DNA of 59,123 bases, filler included, from Fonticula-like sp. SCN 57-25 (Eukaryota): the NCBI GenBank assembly GCA_001724245.1. It is 4 parts of 4 records of this genome, joined end to end, with 100 filler letters (N's around TTAATTAATTAA, not from the genome) between each part and the next. Parts side by side here need not be neighbours in the genome. Positions count along the whole stretch, not along the records: positions 49,983 to 59,123 come from MEDX01000685.1; 3 more parts are not named here. One strand, written 5' to 3'. The notes below the pieces were generated by a model. It worked only from the letters and a program-made list of their open reading frames with translations, was not told the origin of the DNA and ran no database searches. This document shows, one piece after another, positions 53,030 through 59,123 of the stretch. A program made the translations under genes and the position numbers. Within the stretch, counting starts at the first letter, position 1. Each line of letters starts with the position of its first letter.

Positions 53030-53437
53030 CGTTGCTTTCGCGTCGAGCGCTCTCCGTTTTTGGGCGCGACAAACACGAAGCGATGGAGAACAGGCCGTCG
53101 GCAAGCTCGTTGGTCGCGGTGTCGAGACCACCGTGAACCAATATGCGGCACGCCGGCCAGATCGGCGCCAGTTGAGATCGGAGGTGACGCCGGTAAAGGA
53201 GCTCATGGTCGCGGTAGGTGCGTCAGAGGTCGTCGGTCTACCGTTCCAAGTCATGCCGGTGGAGGCGACGCGAGCGTATATGACGTGCGCCTTTTGTGGA
53301 CCGGTAGCACAGGGCGTGCTTGCAGCGAGCTCGCGCACGATGTCGGCGACGTTGTAGCCCCAGGCGCCTGGACAGCGCACACGACCGAGCTCAGCATCGA
53401 TGTGATGTTTCTTTTCCTGGATACGTCGAGGACGCAT
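53030..53437 (-). pseudogene. Decayed IS607-family serine recombinase (TnpA)
   Basis: N-terminal HTH-like remnant, then VIYARVAS, HDLER*TDDL*RTYRDHELL, TSDLNWRRSG and ELADGLFSIA..VFVAPKNGERS, directly upstream of the TnpB remnant. Confidence 0.75.
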
Positions 53438-53659
53438 GCGCGGAAGTGACGAGGTGCGGACTGGGGTGCTGTGCCTTTGACGAACATCGGTACGGAACAC
53501 GCGACAGTGCCCCATGACTGGTGAGCGCCATGCCTTGCTACTGTAAGCAACCGAAAATAAAAGTATGTCTATTGAGGGATTGCATGTTTGTGAATAATGA
53601 ATTGTAATGTTATTCCTCGAGTTTATGGGTGGGTGGTAGCTACGGTTTATGTGCCCTGG

Positions 53660-54045
53660 ATGGTTCGTATATCCGGTTATGACGTGGGTGACTGACACCA
53701 AAATCCAAGCCAAACGCTTGGGACCCTCGGTCTACCATCTGGAAAAAACCTGATCTGCACGAGGACAATGGCTTGGAGGTTGCCAACAGCTACGCCGACT
53801 CGTAGGACCCCATGAACGCCATGTGCACGGCGGCCCTGCGGAAAAGCGCAACTATATCTTTACGGGCGGTCGTCCTAGAGCTGTGGTCACTGCATAACCA
53901 CGCCCGGCGACGCAGCGTAACGTCCTATGTGCCGAGGCGCCGTGCACCAGACGCCAAATGGCTTCCAAAGAGTGAGGCCCCTCCGCCCTCTCGTCACCTC
54001 CCAAACGGAAGCGTCAATGAACGTCTGATGTCAAAAGCAATTTGA
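53660..54045 (+). pseudogene. More degraded copy of the RuvC-like ORF
   Basis: MVRISGYDVG aligns to MVQIAGIDVG, and downstream DNA aligns to 35440-35750 with stops and indels. Confidence 0.55.
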
Positions 54046-54774
54046 ATGTGCACTCGAGTCGTGCTACGTACTGTCACAATTCACCTTTCCATAAAGAATA
54101 GCAGAAATGCGCGTTGGACGGGTAGACGAACCACGCAAGAATACGAAATGATTATGCGCGAATTACTTTGTGCGAGCAGAGCAGTGGGGTGATAGTAGTG
54201 CCACTGCACCACCAAGACCAAAGGCCCTGCCCCAGCCGTGAACGCCGACGAAAGTGGTACCTGTCTACCGAATTTGCGGTAGTACTTGAGACAGTCAGAA
54301 ATTGGTTCAGCCGCAAGCAACTCGCCAATTCTCGCCATCTGACCACTTCTGGCGCCTACCGCCTTTCCCTCAGTCAACACATTTAAATGCTCCTCTGCCT
54401 CGACGAACAAACTCAAACCGTCAGCCTTGACGCGTCGCCGAAATCAGGCGCACCAGCGCTAGGAACTGGAGGAGGCCGACAAAATAACATGCCGACGCAG
54501 CGGTGTGTACGACTGCAGTAAGCATGTCCCATTGACACCATCGAACTTGCTAGGATGTTTGACAGTGAAGATGGCATGCACGCCCTCGGTCACGGAAGCC
54601 TTGCCACTTAAGCACGGCCACAGTGTACCGACTCTATGAACCATGCTCTTTTAGTCGAGTATTACATCATGCTGCCTTGCATTGAACGACCATCGATTGA
54701 CGACAAAGCATAACATTACAGAATGGCTCTTTATTGGAGAAATACACGTATTCGATATTGCGTGCTCGTTTCTC

Positions 54775-55506
54775 TCAGCGGTACTCGGCCGCATCTTCCT
54801 CGTCGCCAGAGACGTCAGATTCCTCGGCCGCTTCGCCGGGAGGCGCATCGCCCGAGTGATGCTTACGCACATGCTTGCCGAGCGCACCCTGGTTGCTGTA
54901 CGTTTTATCACACTCGCTGCAGGAAAGCCTCTTCGATGAAGCCGCGCGTTTCTTGGCGGTGCTGCTCGTCGTCCGCGGAGCTGCGCGTTTCCTCGCCGGC
55001 GTTTGCGGTGCTGATGGCGCCGCCGGCGCCGCGGGCGAACCTGCCTGGTTGACGACAGGCGAGCGGGTGATCTCCGTCGTCGACAAACCCTGCTCCGCCT
55101 GTTGAGCGGTGGCGGCCGTGGTCCTCACCGCAGATAAAGCATTCGGGGTCCGCACAGCAGATGAGGCATACTGGGTGCGCACAGCGAGTGCCGCTTCCGT
55201 TGGGACGGAAGGTTGAGATCTAGACGACAGTCGCTTTTCAAGATTGTAGAGCTCGGCAGAGACAGCAAATAGAAGATCCTCCTCCTCGGCATTCTGCCCA
55301 AATCCTTTTTCAACTCGAGCAACGACCGCGCTCAGGCTATCGCGCAGCACGCGCAAGGCAAAAGCCGTTCTTCCCTCCTGCATCTGCTCAACGGAAACAA
55401 CGGAAAGAGAATGGCGCGGTGACGTGATTGGTCGGCTTGGTTTGTGCGCCAAATCCACAAAATGAATCCCCAACAAATTCCTTGTGACCCAAGGTGTTGG
55501 GGACAT
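54775..55506 (-). CDS. Single C2H2 zinc-finger protein (cassette copy 2)
   Basis: Open 243-aa frame with CSECDKTYSNQGALGKHVRKHH, near-identical to copy 1. Confidence 0.7.
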   Translation of the reverse strand: MSPTPWVTRNLLGIHFVDLAHKPSRPITSPRHSLSVVSVEQMQEGRTAFALRVLRDSLSAVVARVEKGFGQNAEEEDLLFAVSAELYNLEKRLSSRSQPSVPTEAALAVRTQYASSAVRTPNALSAVRTTAATAQQAEQGLSTTEITRSPVVNQAGSPAAPAAPSAPQTPARKRAAPRTTSSTAKKRAASSKRLSCSECDKTYSNQGALGKHVRKHHSGDAPPGEAAEESDVSGDEEDAAEYR

Positions 55507-55792
55507 ACTCTACTAACGAAAATGTGACTTATTTTGAGCGCATGCTAGGCTTCGTGTGACGCATGAACTACCCAGAAACGACTCTCTTGACGAACTAATG
55601 TGATGTGTGGGCTCCGACTGCTAAATCAACTGACCTTGCATTGTCAAGTTACAACAAAAACACTTTATTTCGCGTTCAATACAAATTGCATGACAAAGAC
55701 GGATGTTGTCTTCCCAGCGAACGGTAATTTCTTGCTGCGCCAAGTAATGGTGGAGTTGCACACAACAAAAATACCCATCCCACCTGTACCAC

Positions 55793-57253
55793 ATGGCAGC
55801 ACCATCTGCAGTCCACGCGAGCCCAGAGTCATCCGTGCTTGCACAGCGCATAGGTCGCAGCATTGGGCGCCCTCTCATTGAACCGAGCGTATCTGGAAAC
55901 CAGTCTACGCTTGACATTGACACGCCACGCGTGCTTCCATTGGCCATCGACGAACCCGCTTGCCAAATGGCGGATGTAGGTGCAGAGCTGAGCGACAGCC
56001 AGCACCCGCGTGCGGGGTCAACTTGTTTGCCCCCTAACAAGTGGAACCAGCTCACCAACGCGCAGGCATGGAATCCCACCGCCAGCCAAGCAATGCCAGA
56101 GTACGACCGTGCCGTCCACCACGTCCCAGGCACGGCCCGCTTCCGAGCACGAGCGGCCGATGGACGAACAGGCACGCTGCCGCGCCCCAATTCGGAGCAT
56201 CCCGCCGCGACGGGCGATCTCGCGAAGTGGCCAGCGAACGAGTCGCGCCCCGCCTTTGCAAAAAAGTGTCTCGACCGCGCGCGTCAGATGTACCGCGCGG
56301 CGGAAGGCATCTTCCGCTCCGTGATTGAGGCTGAAGGTGCTGCTGCCCCCAGCCATATTAACTTTCGCAAGGCAACAGGGCTCGCCTATGCCACCACACC
56401 AGGGCAGCCGCAAAGGCCGCGGCACAACCGCCAGAGTGCGCTATGGCTCGTGTTCATGGCCTACCGGCTCGTCCGCGACGTCGAGGTCAACCCACGAGCG
56501 CGCGCGGACCCCATGCGCGCCGTCGAGGACGAGGACTACTGCATCGTCATGGGCACGCGCCACATGGAGCCAAACCGTCTCGCAGGCAACTACGCGAATG
56601 CTTCCGATCCAGGCGACGCAGCAGCCAACGCTATCACGACGGACATGGCGCAATGCCTGCGTAACGTGCACGCAAACTTTCCACCCAATGTCAGCCAGCC
56701 TCTGCTTGCCGCCATCGCTGCGGCAAACCCCAACGCCGCCACCGACGCATTGATCCAGCCGCGCTTCCGCTCCTGGGCCAATGTCGGCGAACCGTACCCC
56801 GCCAACGAGTCGCCTTTTCCAGGACGCGACCCAACGTACGTTCCTATCTTCTTTCCCTCGGGTCGCTCCGCTCAAGCACCCACCGCGCCACCTTACAACC
56901 CTGCCGACCCTTCGCCGCCCGCTGGCGCCCCTGATAGCGAGGCTCTGTGGGACGCGCGGGCAGCTGCAACGCTTCTACAGACACGCATGGCGCAACTCTC
57001 GGCCATCGCGCTGCAAGCACAGCGCATGAACTCCGGCACCACACCTGCCAACGGCCAATGCGCCTATCTTATGGCTGCGGAGACGCTTCCGCCCGGCAAT
57101 TTGCTTAGCGGGTCTGTTGTGACGGACGATGCCGCGCAAACGACGCGTACCGAGGAATGCGCAAAAAAGGAAGCGGTTGATGGGGATGACGTCGCACGCA
57201 AGCGTATGCGCATGGAACTCGGATGTTCTTCGGATACAGTCAACACCATGTAA
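55793..57253 (+). CDS. Orphan 486-aa ORF of the cassette
   Basis: Long open frame divergent from the C2H2 gene, with a homologous but broken copy at 37515-38821. No family recognised. Confidence 0.55.
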   Translation: MAAPSAVHASPESSVLAQRIGRSIGRPLIEPSVSGNQSTLDIDTPRVLPLAIDEPACQMADVGAELSDSQHPRAGSTCLPPNKWNQLTNAQAWNPTASQAMPEYDRAVHHVPGTARFRARAADGRTGTLPRPNSEHPAATGDLAKWPANESRPAFAKKCLDRARQMYRAAEGIFRSVIEAEGAAAPSHINFRKATGLAYATTPGQPQRPRHNRQSALWLVFMAYRLVRDVEVNPRARADPMRAVEDEDYCIVMGTRHMEPNRLAGNYANASDPGDAAANAITTDMAQCLRNVHANFPPNVSQPLLAAIAAANPNAATDALIQPRFRSWANVGEPYPANESPFPGRDPTYVPIFFPSGRSAQAPTAPPYNPADPSPPAGAPDSEALWDARAAATLLQTRMAQLSAIALQAQRMNSGTTPANGQCAYLMAAETLPPGNLLSGSVVTDDAAQTTRTEECAKKEAVDGDDVARKRMRMELGCSSDTVNTM

Positions 57254-59123
57254 TCAACGTCCGACGGTGAAATGCTGCACGTTCCTGTATTAACAATAAA
57301 TAGGAACCCTGTGGAATGTGCTTGCAGCAATGAATGAGAAATGAAAGAAAGTACTATGTAAGTTTCAACGTATGATTGTAGGTCAACAATGCTGCCAAGA
57401 ATTCAACACATTTTCCAGCACTTGGTCGACGTGGAAAGCCTTGATCACCGCTCACGATCTCGCGTCTCCTATTCAAAGAATGCAATACGACGGGCGATAA
57501 TATAGTGAAGCGTGAAGCTCAAACGTCTCAGAACAGTAGGCTTGAAATCAAGATCATTGTCAAAAATGTCCAGAACGCGCCGCGGCAGCCTCTCCCGGCA
57601 GCCAGGTTAACGCTAGACATTAAAATTCAACTGACTCGTTTGACTGCATCCTACGGCGACTTTTCGAGATGCCGACTGGACTCGGATCGCCTTGGTAGTA
57701 ACGCGCACTTTCTTCACAGTTTGTAACAAAAAGAGATCTGGTGAATCTCGCCTCATCACCGTCACCGTCACCATCACCATCACCATCACCCACCGAGCTT
57801 CGTTGATGCAGCTGCCTGAAGGTACTCACAACCGCAATGAGCATGGTTATTAGGTAATGCACCTGCTCATGGTTCCCCCTGCATGTATACCACAGGTTTC
57901 AGCGGTGCCACGGACTGGCAGCCGAGCAAGGCTGTAAAATATTCGATGATCTTTCCATAAGTTGCGGTCAGACGCCTTTCGTCGGTGCACTTGCACCTTT
58001 CAAAGCGTGTATGGGTAAGGCGACGTCCAACACTCGGCAAGGCGGCTAGCGGGCGCATTTTCTTTGCAATATATTGAGCGCAAGAATCGCTTGCAGCATT
58101 GGATCCACCTCTACCACTCAATGCGCATTAATTAAATGTGGAGCAGAGTTATGAGCAGCCTGGTGTGGCCCAAGCGCAGATGACCGCTAAATTTAAAGGG
58201 CTCTCAGGATCGGTAGACGCGGTGGGCTACCGAGCAAGAATTCGCTCTTGATCGCCCAGCATCAGCAGGCCTAGCCAGTCGCCAGCAAAAAAATTTCGAA
58301 TCGTCAGTCGACGATTGACCTGCTCATTTGCACCAATTTATCGCCTATGCAGCGCTCACTTGAGCCTACGGATTTAAGATGGTGGCCAAACAACGATATT
58401 GGCTACACGTGGGAACCACAGTGTACCTCTCCTTCGGTGCTGGCGGCCTCGAATTTTGCCACCTGTCGTCTGCCTTCGGTAATTTGACGCTGCTACTACT
58501 GCGTCGCCTCCAGACGAGAATTGCTCTGCCGGTTGATGCTGAAGTCGTCGCCTGTCCGCCTGCCGGGCGCAACTTTTCCTTGCCGCCCTGCGCAGAAGCG
58601 CGATTGCTTCCCACGCCACAGTGAGCTGACTCACATCATGGAGGAAGAGTTCTCTGCCTGGTGGCATATCGGTGGCACCAGCAAGATTTTTACCTGCGCT
58701 GAAGCCACCAATACACCGACATCATCGCCGCCGACGTCCATTGCAAAGAGAACAAGGAGCTCTACCACGTTTGTTCAAGCATATTGCCTTGTGCTCCGCC
58801 TCTGTGGCCCGATACTTAGTACGCGATGCATTTTCACACGAGCTGAGGTCTCATTCACCGCCCTTCTATCATCGGGAAGCTCGCTAGACAACCGCTGCCA
58901 CCCACTGGCCAGGTATTCGGTCTGTCACCTTCATTTCGGCTACTCCTCCAAACCAACTGTTTCAAAATTGAATGTATTCAAGAATTGCTACAACGCACAG
59001 TCTAACGCCCTGCAAAGAATTTTATACCCAAATGACGACACCCTGATTAACGGCCCGCATCATGCAGCAAACCAGTGGCAGCTAACGCAAAGCACATTCT
59101 CGAAAACATCAAAAGCAGAACAG

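Larger units (their letters stand above)
50415..57808. repeat. Copy 2 of the duplicated multi-gene cassette, with an extra IS607/Fanzor segment
   Basis: Colinear with 33660-39512 except for about 1.6 kb extra between the Cys-rich gene and the RuvC-like remnant. Confidence 0.92.

Noticed and set aside
52042-53713. Long ORFs 52042-52977, 52742-53713 and 52829-53449 as independent genes
   Set aside because: They are frame fragments or antisense shadows of the decayed IS607/Fanzor element.

Overview
Eukaryotic, GC-rich, gene-dense genomic DNA with many short GT-AG introns (mostly about 40-60 nt), most consistent with a unicellular protist. The window joins four contigs with artificial N-TTAATTAATTAA-N spacers (1-17452, 17553-33559, 33660-49882, 49983-59123), so adjacency across spacers is not evidence of linkage. 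Contigs 1-2 hold mostly host genes: a filamin-repeat membrane protein, mitochondrial bL17, 7TM-RGS, a multi-pass-membrane MLK-type kinase, a Vam7-like PX-SNARE, SNAPC4, EEF2KMT/FAM86, a PPR protein, a GCC1-like golgin, a kinase-ARM protein, RPN6 and cyclophilin H. They also hold a nucleus-encoded TatA/B-like protein with an apparent mitochondrial presequence, an Academ-type (transposase plus XPG nuclease) ORF and a spliced gene that looks derived from a transposase N-terminus. Contig 3 has two head-to-head ENA-type P-type ATPases and an SLC4/BOR1 transporter. Contigs 3 and 4 each carry a copy of a 6-7 kb multi-gene cassette: secreted protein, variable 12-Cys membrane protein, truncated RuvC-like resolvase, C2H2 protein and an orphan ORF. 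The second copy also carries a decayed IS607-type serine recombinase plus Fanzor2/TnpB element, which suggests a virus-derived or otherwise mobile gene block. All family calls come from motif recognition by eye; no searches were run.
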